Part shown: positions 4,574-11,943 of the stretch, one piece after another | Position numbering within the stretch: position 1 is the stretch's first letter | How the letters are laid out: each line of letters starts with the position of its first letter | Virus record (IMG/VR): IMGVR_UViG_3300043353_000054 | Span: 1 to 16,367 of that record | Length of the DNA stretch: 16,367 nt | Source of the DNA: a virus | Reading direction: 5' to 3' (one strand) | Notes under the pieces: generated by a model | Database searches by the model: none | The model's input: only the letters and a program-made list of their open reading frames with translations | What the model was told of the DNA's origin: nothing | Position numbers and translations under genes: made by a program

Positions 4574-5437
4574 ATGAACGCTAGTCCAGAGTCGGGCCAG
4601 CCGGACAGAACCCGCAAGGGTGACCCCGGCGTGTCCCGCGAACGCACCGCGCTCAACCCCGACGAGCTGCGTGCCCTGTTCGGCTCGAAGCCCAAGGCCC
4701 GCATGCCGAAGGGACGTGAGCGGCGTCGTCGACCAGCCAAGACCCCGCACGCGGGCTGGAAGACCAACCAGCTGATCCTCGCCCTGTCGCGTGCGGGCTG
4801 GGGTGAGCTCGCCGGCCACGACGCGCGCGGTCTGCGCGCGGTCCTCGATGCCGTCGCGGCCAAGATCGTCGACCACCGCATGGGGCGCGCGTTCTCGACG
4901 ATCCCCGAGATCGCGGCCGCGGCCGGCTACGGCCACACCTGGACGCAGATCAAGCTCACCGAGCTCGACGAGATCGGGTTCATCGACTGGCGACGCGGTG
5001 GGCTCAAGCCCGGCCGCGGCCACGGTCGGGAGCGGTCGTTCTTCATCGTGAACCGGCACGCGCTCGTCGAGGCGATCGCCGCCGCGAAGGCACTGCGCGG
5101 CCCGGTCATCACCGAGCACGTCGCCGAGTGCATCCGACGCCTGCGAGAGCAGCGCCTCAAGTGGCTCCGAGCCCGCTACGCGAAGCGAAAGCCCAGGTCA
5201 GAACAGGACCCACCCACTGGTAGCCACTCTCTTCGTACCTCAGGGGAGTCGGTACGCGAACCCTCACCTGAGGGGGCCAGCGACTACTTCAAACAGCTGC
5301 ACGCCAGCGGACCAGCACCCGACGAGTGCGAGCACGGATACGCCAGCGCGCTCTCCTGCGCGTGGTGCAAGAAACAGCCACACGGAGCCGGCTCCGCCGG
5401 CGCCCAGACGATGAGAGGCGGTGCGGCCCGTGGTTAA
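4574..5437 (+). CDS. Winged-helix DNA-binding protein, candidate replication initiator, 287 aa
   Basis: ATG 4574. STIPEIAAAAGYGHTWTQIKLTELDEIGFIDWRRGG reads as helix-turn-helix plus wing. It is the only large early gene, and no polymerase, helicase or primase is present. C-terminal CEH...CAWC cluster. The function is inferred. Confidence 0.7.
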   Translation: MNASPESGQPDRTRKGDPGVSRERTALNPDELRALFGSKPKARMPKGRERRRRPAKTPHAGWKTNQLILALSRAGWGELAGHDARGLRAVLDAVAAKIVDHRMGRAFSTIPEIAAAAGYGHTWTQIKLTELDEIGFIDWRRGGLKPGRGHGRERSFFIVNRHALVEAIAAAKALRGPVITEHVAECIRRLREQRLKWLRARYAKRKPRSEQDPPTGSHSLRTSGESVREPSPEGASDYFKQLHASGPAPDECEHGYASALSCAWCKKQPHGAGSAGAQTMRGGAARG

Positions 5438-5681
5438 CGACAAGGCAGCAGCGACGTACCACCCGGGCGACGAGCCAGACCCCCTGCCGCCGTTGTCGGT
5501 GCTCGACGACATGCTCAAGGACGTGATCGAGATGCTGAACGGCGTCGACGAGCTCGTGTCCGAGCACCGTCGCCAGGCCGGCGACGATCACTTCGTGCTC
5601 GAGCGGTTGCAGACGGCGTCGGCGCGGATCGGGCAGGCGTGGGCCGCGACCGCCAGCGCACGCAGGGCGTTGCGCTCGTGA
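5421..5681 (+). CDS. Hypothetical acidic protein, 86 aa
   Basis: GTG 5421 overlaps the upstream gene by 17 nt. Protein-like composition. Its stop is in a GTGA overlap with the next start. The start codon is uncertain (next candidate is ATG 5511). Confidence 0.55.
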   Translation: MRPVVNDKAAATYHPGDEPDPLPPLSVLDDMLKDVIEMLNGVDELVSEHRRQAGDDHFVLERLQTASARIGQAWAATASARRALRS

Positions 5682-5920
5682 ACCCCGCCGCGACTCTGAC
5701 GACCGGGACGTACTGGATCGATCTGCCCTGCCCGCGGTGCGGTGTGCTCGCCACAGTGTCCGTGCATCTCGGGGCCACCCTCACCACGCCGGACGAGGGT
5801 GGCCCGTCCCTGAAGCTGGTGGCCAAGTCGAAGGCCGTCGACCACTGGTGCGGTCAGCGTCCGATGCTGACCACGCCCGACCTTTCCCTGTTCGTCGACC
5901 CCAACGACGGGAACGTGTAA
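5678..5920 (+). CDS. Hypothetical protein with CPRC...HWC motif, 80 aa
   Basis: GTG 5678 in a GTGA overlap, in the frame of listed ORF 5639-5920. Confidence 0.6.
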   Translation: MNPAATLTTGTYWIDLPCPRCGVLATVSVHLGATLTTPDEGGPSLKLVAKSKAVDHWCGQRPMLTTPDLSLFVDPNDGNV

Positions 5921-5921
5921 T

Positions 5922-5957
5922 CCCACAGTGTTACGCCTGCGTGACACATACTGTGGG
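5922..5957. promoter_or_regulatory. Composite stem-loop filling the 38-bp spacer before the HNH/packaging block
   Basis: CCCACAGT (5922-5929) pairs with ACTGTGGG (5950-5957). An inner GTTACG/CGTGAC pairing is also present. The segment is locally GC-poor. Confidence 0.45.
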
Positions 5958-5958
5958 C

Positions 5959-6105
5959 ATGCGGATCGACCAGGCCGAGTGCGTCCACGGGATGCCCGGC
6001 GGTAACCCGGGCACGTGCGCCCTGTGCCGGGTGGCCCAGCGTCGTGCCACCCGGCACGCGGCGTGGGTCGACGTGCGCCGGCTGGCAGCGGGTGACGACG
6101 CGTGA
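5959..6105 (+). CDS. Hypothetical small Cys/His-containing protein, 48 aa
   Basis: Internal ATG 5959 of listed ORF 5737-6105. GC3-rich codons. Its stop is in a GTGA overlap with the HNH start. Motif CVH...CALC. Confidence 0.45.
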   Translation: MRIDQAECVHGMPGGNPGTCALCRVAQRRATRHAAWVDVRRLAAGDDA

Positions 6106-6404
6106 CGAGCTGGGGAGGCCGACGTGCGGTGCGGCTACGGATGATGACGCTCGGGGAGTACGGCACGGTCTGCTGGTTGTGCGGCAGGGACGGTGCGGAC
6201 TCCGCTGATCACGTGCTGCCCCGCTCGCGTGGTGGGTCGGACGCGCTGGAGAACCTGCGCCCGGCGCACCGGGCGTGCAACTCCGCTCGAGGTAACCGGA
6301 TCGGGTCGGCGCAGCGGCCGGCGCGTGACGGGTCGGGATGGTTCGCCGCGCCGGTCGCGGGCGTCGATGTCACGACGAGCGACGAGCCGAGTTTTAACCC
6401 CTGA
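6102..6404 (+). CDS. HNH endonuclease, 100 aa
   Basis: CWLCGRDGADSADHVLPRSRGGSDALENLRPAHRACNSARG is a CxxC...DH...N...H..CN (HNH) signature. Immediately upstream of the terminase genes, as in HNH-dependent cos phages. Confidence 0.9.
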   Translation: MTSWGGRRAVRLRMMTLGEYGTVCWLCGRDGADSADHVLPRSRGGSDALENLRPAHRACNSARGNRIGSAQRPARDGSGWFAAPVAGVDVTTSDEPSFNP

Positions 6405-6483
6405 CCTGCGGAAACTCTCCCGTCTCCTCTTCCTTTTTCTCCCGACCGCCCAGAAAAAACGACCAGCTCGGAACGGAGCCGGC
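6405..6483. other. Candidate cos / packaging-site spacer
   Basis: Positioned between HNH and small terminase. A 29-nt run (6415-6443) is pyrimidine except for one G. TTTTTCT (6434-6440) and AGAAAAA (6452-6458) are inverted repeats. An A6 run lies at 6454-6459. One of the most AT-rich stretches I could see in the genome. Confidence 0.4.
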
Positions 6484-6834
6484 ATGGACCAGAACCCTTG
6501 GCAGCCGACACTGCCCGGGCTGACCCTGGGCGCGACCGACGTCGCCGGCGGATCCCCACTGACGGTCGCCGCTCAGGCCACGATCGAGGCGTTGGAGGCC
6601 GCTGGGCTGCTCGAGCCGCGCCACACCCTTGCCGTCCAGCTCGTGCTGACGTTGGCCAGCTCGATCGACTCGAACCTTCGCCATGGTGGGAAGGTCACCG
6701 TCGCGGTCGCCCAGGCGGCACGCCAACTCCAGGACGCGCTGGCCGCACTGCCGGTCCCGGCTGTCGGGGACGTCGACCCGTTGGCGGTGTTCCTCGGGGA
6801 GCGTGCACGGATCGGGCGGGAAGTCCTGGCGTGA
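6484..6834 (+). CDS. Terminase small subunit (putative), 116 aa
   Basis: ATG 6484 preceded by GGAG. Its stop is in a GTGA overlap with the large terminase start. Helical, Leu/Ala-rich. The call rests mainly on position. Confidence 0.6.
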   Translation: MDQNPWQPTLPGLTLGATDVAGGSPLTVAAQATIEALEAAGLLEPRHTLAVQLVLTLASSIDSNLRHGGKVTVAVAQAARQLQDALAALPVPAVGDVDPLAVFLGERARIGREVLA

Positions 6835-8228
6835 CGCCGCTGGGAGCGGCATACGCCACCGCGCGGGACCCGAACGCACGCACCATGGGCCCGCTCGTCG
6901 CGCACCTGGCCGCCCAGCTCGGCACCAACCTGATGCCCTGGCAGCGCTACGTCGCTGACGTCGCCCTCGAGCTGCACCCCGACGACCCGGGCCGGTGGCG
7001 CTACCCCACGGTCATCGTGACCGTCCCGCGCCAGTCCGGGAAGACGACGCTGCTACGGGCTGTGGCGTTGGACCGGTGCCTGACCCGGGCTCGGACCCGG
7101 GTGTTCATGACCGCGCAGACCGGCAAGGACGCGCACACCCGCTGGAAGGACACCGTCGAGGTCATCGAGCGGTCCGCGTTCGGGCCGCACGTGAAGGTCA
7201 ACCGGGCCGCCGGCGCACCGACGTTCACCCTGCCGAACGCGTCCCAGGTCCGCGCGTTCGCGCCCACGCCGAAGTCGATCCACGGCGAGACACCGCACCT
7301 GGTCATGGTCGACGAGGGCTGGGCCTTCGACGCCGCCCAGGGCGAGGACCTGATGGGCGCGATCCGGCCCGCGCAGATCACCCTGCCCGACCGTCAGCTC
7401 TGGATCGTCTCGACCCGCGGGTCCATGGACTCCACGTTCCTGGACGCGTGGATCGACGCCGGCCGCCTCGCGACCACCGACCCCGGGGCCGCGGTCGCCT
7501 ACTTCGAGTGGTCCGCACCTGAGGGCGCGGACGCCTACGACCCCGACACGTGGGCGTTCCACCCGGCCTTGGGGCACACGATCACCCGTGACGACCTCGC
7601 CGCCGAGGCCGCCGAGGCGTCCCGCGGCGTGTGGGAGCGGGCGTTCATGAACCGGCGCACCATGACCCTGGAATCGATCATCGACCTGGACCAGTGGGAC
7701 CAGCTCGAGGACCTCGACATGGTCCCGCCGGCCCGGGTCCCGATCCTCGGCTACGACGCGGACCGTGACGGCGCGACCGTGTACGCGGCCTGGTGGGACC
7801 AGCAGCGCGTCACGGTCCGCACCGTCGCGACCGGGCCGGGACCCGCGTGGCTCGTCGAGACGGTGCCGGCCCTGGTCGACCGGCTGCGCCCCGACCACGT
7901 CATGGCCGACGACGGTGGGCACGCCCGGTCCGTGACCGAGGATCTACGCCGCGCCGGCCTGCTGATCGACACGGTCGCCGGCAGGGACTTCGGGACGATG
8001 TGCTCGAGCCTGCTTCGCCTGGCCCGCTCCGGGCGCATCACCCACGACGGGTCGCCCGAGCTGCGGGCGGCGTGGGCCGGCGCCGCGCTGAAGTTCGTCG
8101 GGGACCAGGAGGCGTTCGACCGGCGCCGCGCCCGCACCCCGCAGCACGCCCTGCTCGCCGTGGCCGCCGCGGTCCGTGGCCTGACGAACGGCCCAGAGTC
8201 CCTGGGCGCACCCGATGTGAGGTTCTGA
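6831..8228 (+). CDS. Terminase large subunit, 465 aa
   Basis: GTG 6831 in a GTGA overlap. Walker A VPRQSGKTT, Walker B LVMVDEGW. Appropriate size and position. The first 111 codons of listed ORF 6498-8228 overlap the small-terminase gene and are R/G/P shadow. Confidence 0.92.
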   Translation: MTPLGAAYATARDPNARTMGPLVAHLAAQLGTNLMPWQRYVADVALELHPDDPGRWRYPTVIVTVPRQSGKTTLLRAVALDRCLTRARTRVFMTAQTGKDAHTRWKDTVEVIERSAFGPHVKVNRAAGAPTFTLPNASQVRAFAPTPKSIHGETPHLVMVDEGWAFDAAQGEDLMGAIRPAQITLPDRQLWIVSTRGSMDSTFLDAWIDAGRLATTDPGAAVAYFEWSAPEGADAYDPDTWAFHPALGHTITRDDLAAEAAEASRGVWERAFMNRRTMTLESIIDLDQWDQLEDLDMVPPARVPILGYDADRDGATVYAAWWDQQRVTVRTVATGPGPAWLVETVPALVDRLRPDHVMADDGGHARSVTEDLRRAGLLIDTVAGRDFGTMCSSLLRLARSGRITHDGSPELRAAWAGAALKFVGDQEAFDRRRARTPQHALLAVAAAVRGLTNGPESLGAPDVRF

Positions 8229-8229
8229 G

Positions 8230-8385
8230 ATGACACGACAAGGCGGGTTCTACCTCGACAAGTCCCCCACCTCCACGGTGGGCATATGCCGGGTCTGCGG
8301 GGCCCGGTGCCAAGCCCTGACCACGACCGGCGCCCGGACCCTGATCGCCGCGCACGTGGCCGTGAACCACCGCGCGGTTCACTGA
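8230..8385 (+). CDS. Hypothetical small protein with CRVC...C motif, 51 aa (not in the supplied ORF track)
   Basis: Hand translation gives MTRQGGFYLDKSPTSTVGICRVCGARCQALTTTGARTLIAAHVAVNHRAVH. ATG 8230 is 1 nt after the terminase stop. 44 of the 50 codons after the ATG end in G/C. Confidence 0.45.
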   Translation: MTRQGGFYLDKSPTSTVGICRVCGARCQALTTTGARTLIAAHVAVNHRAVH

Positions 8386-8415
8386 CTTTCGGTACCACGT
8401 TCATAGCCTTGAAGC

Positions 8416-9612
8416 ATGGGACTCAGGCAACGGGTCAAGGCCGGTGCGGCACCGCCGCCAGCACCGTCCCCCCGGTCCGGGTACCTCGGCACCGGGTACG
8501 CGTCCCCCTGGTCGGACAACTCGAACCTGATCGACATCACGTTCGACGAGCTGTTCGGCCCGACCGAGGACACCCTGAACCGGGGCGTCTCCCGCGACGA
8601 GGCGATGTCCCTGGGCGTCGTGGCCCGCGCCCGCAACGTGGTTGCCCCCACGATCGCGCGTCTGCCGCTTCCCGCGCAGGACACAGCCGGGCCCCGCAAC
8701 GAGTCCGCGTTCGACTTCCTGCGCCAGCCTGAGAACGATCCGTCGTGGATCCGCCCCGGGTTCGTCACCTACCTGTGGACCGTGGACGCGATGATGTTCT
8801 ACGGGCGGGCCTGGTGGTGGGTCACGCAACGCTACGCCGACACCCGCGCCCCCCGATCGTTCCGGTGGGTCCCCGAGTGGGACGCCCGCCTGATCAACGG
8901 TCGCCTGGTCGGGCTGCTGTCCGACGACTCCGTGCACATCAGCGACGCGGACACGGTCAGGATCGACGCACCCCACGAAGGTGTCCTGAACTACGCCCGC
9001 CGCGAGCTGAACATGGCCCGCTCCCTGGACAGGTCCGCCGCCTACACCGCAGACAACCCGGTACCCGCTATCAACCTCCAGGAGCAGCCCGGCGTCGGAC
9101 CGGCCCACCGCCTCACCGAGAGCGAGACGGACAACCTGGTCTCGAAGTGGCGTGCCGCCCGCCGCGCCGGGAAGGTCGTGTCCTACACGCCGGCGTCCGT
9201 CAAGCCCGAGGTCCTGGGCCTGAACGTCGAACAGCTGCTCATCGAGGGCCGCAAGTACTCCGCCTTGCAGGTAACCCGGGCCATGAACGTGCCCGCGTGG
9301 GTCACCGACGTCGCCCTGGAGGGCTCGTCCATCACCTACGCGAACGTCGCGTCCCGCTCGAGGGAGCTCGTGGACTTCGGCCTCATGCCGTACCTGTCCG
9401 CGATCGAGGCCCGCCTGTCCGCGGACGACGTCCTACCGCGCGGCGTGTGGTGCCGGTACGACCTGACCGAGCTGCTGCGCGGGGACTTCGGGCAACGCAT
9501 GGCCGACTACAAGGCCGCCCTGGACGCCGGCGTCTACACCCTCGAGCAGCTCCAGCAGATGGAGCACGGCCCCGCCTACGTGGCCGAACCCGCACCCCCA
9601 CCGGAGTCGTGA
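8416..9612 (+). CDS. Portal protein, 398 aa
   Basis: Position between terminase and protease-capsid, and appropriate size. EAMSLGVVARARNVVAPTIARLPL resembles the conserved N-terminal helix region of HK97-type portals. Confidence 0.85.
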   Translation: MGLRQRVKAGAAPPPAPSPRSGYLGTGYASPWSDNSNLIDITFDELFGPTEDTLNRGVSRDEAMSLGVVARARNVVAPTIARLPLPAQDTAGPRNESAFDFLRQPENDPSWIRPGFVTYLWTVDAMMFYGRAWWWVTQRYADTRAPRSFRWVPEWDARLINGRLVGLLSDDSVHISDADTVRIDAPHEGVLNYARRELNMARSLDRSAAYTADNPVPAINLQEQPGVGPAHRLTESETDNLVSKWRAARRAGKVVSYTPASVKPEVLGLNVEQLLIEGRKYSALQVTRAMNVPAWVTDVALEGSSITYANVASRSRELVDFGLMPYLSAIEARLSADDVLPRGVWCRYDLTELLRGDFGQRMADYKAALDAGVYTLEQLQQMEHGPAYVAEPAPPPES

Positions 9613-11177
9613 TGGACGTCCTGATGACCAGCCCGGCCGTCGTGACCGCGTCGACGTCGGCGCGGACCGTGACCGGGACCGCGGCCCTGTACGGGGTCGT
9701 CGGGAACGCGTCCCTGGGCCCGATGATCATCGAGCCCGGCGCGCTTCAGCTCGCTGAGCAGATGTCCCGCGTCAAGCTGCTCGTCGACCACGACCAGGGC
9801 CAACCGGTCGGGTTCGCGTCGTCCGCGACCGACACCCCTGAACGCCTGTCCATGACGTTCAGCGTGCCCACCGGGCAGGCCGGCGACCAGGCGCTGGTCC
9901 AGGCCGCGAACGGGCTACGCGACGGGCTGTCCGTGGGCATGTGGATCAACGACGGCGGGTACACGTGGGACGAGGACGACGTGCTGCACGTGTCCTCCGC
10001 CCAGCTGCGCGAGGTGTCCCTGTGCGCGCTGCCCGCCTACGACGACGCCCGAGTCACTGACGTAGCCGCATCCGCGGCCGCGTGGCGTGCCGCCCGTGCG
10101 GCCGACCAGAAAGGTTCCACCATGTCCGCACCCGTGATCGAGGCTGCGGCCCCGGTGACCGCAGCAACCCCCGACCCCACACCCCCGGCACCCGCCGCAC
10201 CCGTGGTGGTCGCGACCCAGGCCGCACCCGTGGACCCGCCCCGGGCCACGTCCCGCGCCATGACCCTTGCCCAGGCGTCCGACAAGGCCCTCGAGCTGAT
10301 CCGTGCGGGGCAGCCCCAGCTGGTCCAGGCGGCCCTGGCCGACATCGTCCCGGCCGACGACGCCGGCGCCGCGGACCGGCCCCAGTGGATCGACGAGCTG
10401 TGGCAGGCGTCCCAGGCCGTCCGTCCCCTGATCGACGCCCTGGGCACGCCCCGTCCCCTGACCGCCCTGAAGGTCATGGGCTACAAGCGGGTCTACACCC
10501 AGCTCGTCGACGAGTACGCCGGGAACAAGACCGACATCTTCTCCGGCGAGTACACCACCGCCCCAGCCGAGGCACCGGCCCAGCGGTTCGCCGGCGGCAA
10601 CGACATCGACCGGGCGTTCTTCGACCTCGGGGACGGGTCGTTCATCCGGGACTGGTTCACCGCCGCCACCGACGACTACAAGCGACAGACCGAGGCCTAC
10701 GTCGCCACCGCGCTGCTGACCGCCGCGACCGTGGTCGCCGGCCAGACGTCGGTGATCGGGGCCCTGAACACCATCGCCGCGAACCTCAAGGGCATCGGCG
10801 CGAACCTCGACTTCGCGATCCTGTCCCCCGCAGCGTGGTCGGACCTGTCCTCGATCACCACCGCCGACGCACCGTGGTGGCTGTCCGGGTCGTCCTCGGT
10901 CAACATCAAGAACCAGGACGGCACGATCTCCAACTTCTCCTACATCGTCTCCCCGTCCCTGACCGGCCTGCAGGTCGTCGGCGGGGACACCAGGGCGGCG
11001 ACGTTCTACGAGAAGAACCCGCCCGTCCAGGTCCGCGCCGAGGTCGTGCCGAAGGGCGGAATCGACGTCGGCGTCTTCGGATATGTCGCCCTGCTGGTCA
11101 ACGACCCCCGTGCCCTGCAGAAGGCCACCTATGTCCCGGTCCCGCCCGCGGCGGCTGCCGCGTCCGCGAAGAAGTAG
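9612..11177 (+). CDS. Prohead protease (HK97/S78-type) fused to major capsid protein, 521 aa
   Basis: ATG 9612 overlaps the portal stop (TGATG); GTG 9609 is an alternative. Protease motifs VKLLVDHDQGQPVG (His) and GLSVGM (Ser). Pro/Ala linker PVTAATPDPTPPAPAAPVVVATQAAPVDPP. The C-terminal ~350 aa is capsid-sized and is followed by a hairpin. Confidence 0.88.
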   Translation: MDVLMTSPAVVTASTSARTVTGTAALYGVVGNASLGPMIIEPGALQLAEQMSRVKLLVDHDQGQPVGFASSATDTPERLSMTFSVPTGQAGDQALVQAANGLRDGLSVGMWINDGGYTWDEDDVLHVSSAQLREVSLCALPAYDDARVTDVAASAAAWRAARAADQKGSTMSAPVIEAAAPVTAATPDPTPPAPAAPVVVATQAAPVDPPRATSRAMTLAQASDKALELIRAGQPQLVQAALADIVPADDAGAADRPQWIDELWQASQAVRPLIDALGTPRPLTALKVMGYKRVYTQLVDEYAGNKTDIFSGEYTTAPAEAPAQRFAGGNDIDRAFFDLGDGSFIRDWFTAATDDYKRQTEAYVATALLTAATVVAGQTSVIGALNTIAANLKGIGANLDFAILSPAAWSDLSSITTADAPWWLSGSSSVNIKNQDGTISNFSYIVSPSLTGLQVVGGDTRAATFYEKNPPVQVRAEVVPKGGIDVGVFGYVALLVNDPRALQKATYVPVPPAAAAASAKK

Positions 11178-11189
11178 CCGGCACCCGTA

Positions 11190-11221
11190 CCCCGGCCCGC
11201 CGCCCTCCTGGTGGGCCGGGG
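11190..11221 (+). terminator. Hairpin after the capsid gene
   Basis: CCCCGGCCC (11190-11198) pairs perfectly with GGGCCGGGG (11213-11221) around a 14-nt loop. No U-tract. Confidence 0.45.
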
Positions 11222-11246
11222 ACTCGCCCAAGAGAGGGGGTAGACG

Positions 11247-11570
11247 ATGACCAACCCGTGGGTCGACAAGGCGTACGCCCGTGGCGCGTGGCCGGACTCC
11301 GGGAAGATCTCCGACGTCCGCCTGGACCAGCTGCTCGACATCGCCTACGAGGCGTGCGCGTCCTACGCGGTCCCGGTCCCCGACGACGCGGTCCCTGCCC
11401 GCTACCCCGAGGCTGTGACCCTGGTCGCGCGTGCCACCTGGACCGCGGCCCGCGCGAGCTCGGACGGGCTGGGCCTCAACGACGGCACCGACCTGGCGCT
11501 GCCGCAACCGGTCCTGTCCTCTCAGGCCCTCCAGCTGCTACGCCCGCCGGCACCGGTGGTCCTGGGATGA
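11247..11570 (+). CDS. Head-to-tail adaptor/connector protein (putative), 107 aa
   Basis: ATG 11247 preceded by the strong GAGGGGG. First gene after the capsid, with the size typical of gp6-like adaptors. Confidence 0.7.
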   Translation: MTNPWVDKAYARGAWPDSGKISDVRLDQLLDIAYEACASYAVPVPDDAVPARYPEAVTLVARATWTAARASSDGLGLNDGTDLALPQPVLSSQALQLLRPPAPVVLG

Positions 11571-11938
11571 GCGCCCGCCACGACCTGATCGACCTGCTCA
11601 CCCCGGCCCTGCCGGTCGACTGGGACCTGTACCCCTACCCGGCCACGGTCGACGCGATCGAGTCCGGGCACACCCTGGTCCTGGTCGACACCTACGCCGA
11701 GCAGACCGAACCGATCCGCGGGCTACGCGCCCACACGATCACCCTCGTCCTGGCCGTCCCGTTCACCTCCAGCCCGGAAGCAGATGACGCCCTGGACGTC
11801 GCGTGGGACCTCCTGCGCCCGGTGCTCGAGGACATGGCCGGGTCGCGCCTGATCCACTGGAACGACGCGACCCGGTCCACGTTCGACAGCACGTACCCGG
11901 CGTTCACGATCCCCGTCACGATGAAAACGAAGGACTGA
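11567..11938 (+). CDS. Head-tail joining / neck protein (putative), 123 aa
   Basis: ATG 11567 in an ATGA overlap. This is the only protein-like part of listed ORF 10082-11938. Confidence 0.7.
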   Translation: MSARHDLIDLLTPALPVDWDLYPYPATVDAIESGHTLVLVDTYAEQTEPIRGLRAHTITLVLAVPFTSSPEADDALDVAWDLLRPVLEDMAGSRLIHWNDATRSTFDSTYPAFTIPVTMKTKD

Positions 11939-11943
11939 TCACC

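Noticed and set aside
5238-5273. An inverted repeat (CCTCAGG...CCTGAGG) in a GC-poorer stretch of the putative replication initiator gene, as an origin of replication.
   Set aside because: It has only a 7-bp stem with a 22-nt loop, and no iterons or AT-rich unwinding region are visible. Too weak to call.
6670-6681. The operator-like sequence CGAACCTTCGCC inside the small-terminase gene.
   Set aside because: It is a single partial match to the 4259-4352 repeats, within coding sequence, and is compatible with chance.
6498-6830. A long N-terminal extension of the large terminase (track start 6498).
   Set aside because: It overlaps the small-terminase gene in another frame with R/G/P-rich sequence. 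The GTGA overlap at 6831 gives a normal terminase N-terminus ahead of Walker A.
9915-11507. Long minus-strand ORFs antisense to structural genes: 9915-11507 (530 aa), 12248-13744 (498 aa), 11692-12753, 13641-14609, 7053-7922 and 5588-6166.
   Set aside because: Their compositions are dominated by R/G/P/S/D runs, typical of shadow frames in high-GC DNA. Each lies opposite an ORF with recognisable motifs (capsid, tape measure, terminase), and none has coupled starts or SD sequences.
10082-11566. The first ~495 codons of the 618-aa plus-strand ORF 10082-11938.
   Set aside because: This part is an R/P/G-rich alternative frame over the capsid and adaptor genes. Only the last 123 codons (from ATG 11567, in an ATGA overlap) look like a protein.
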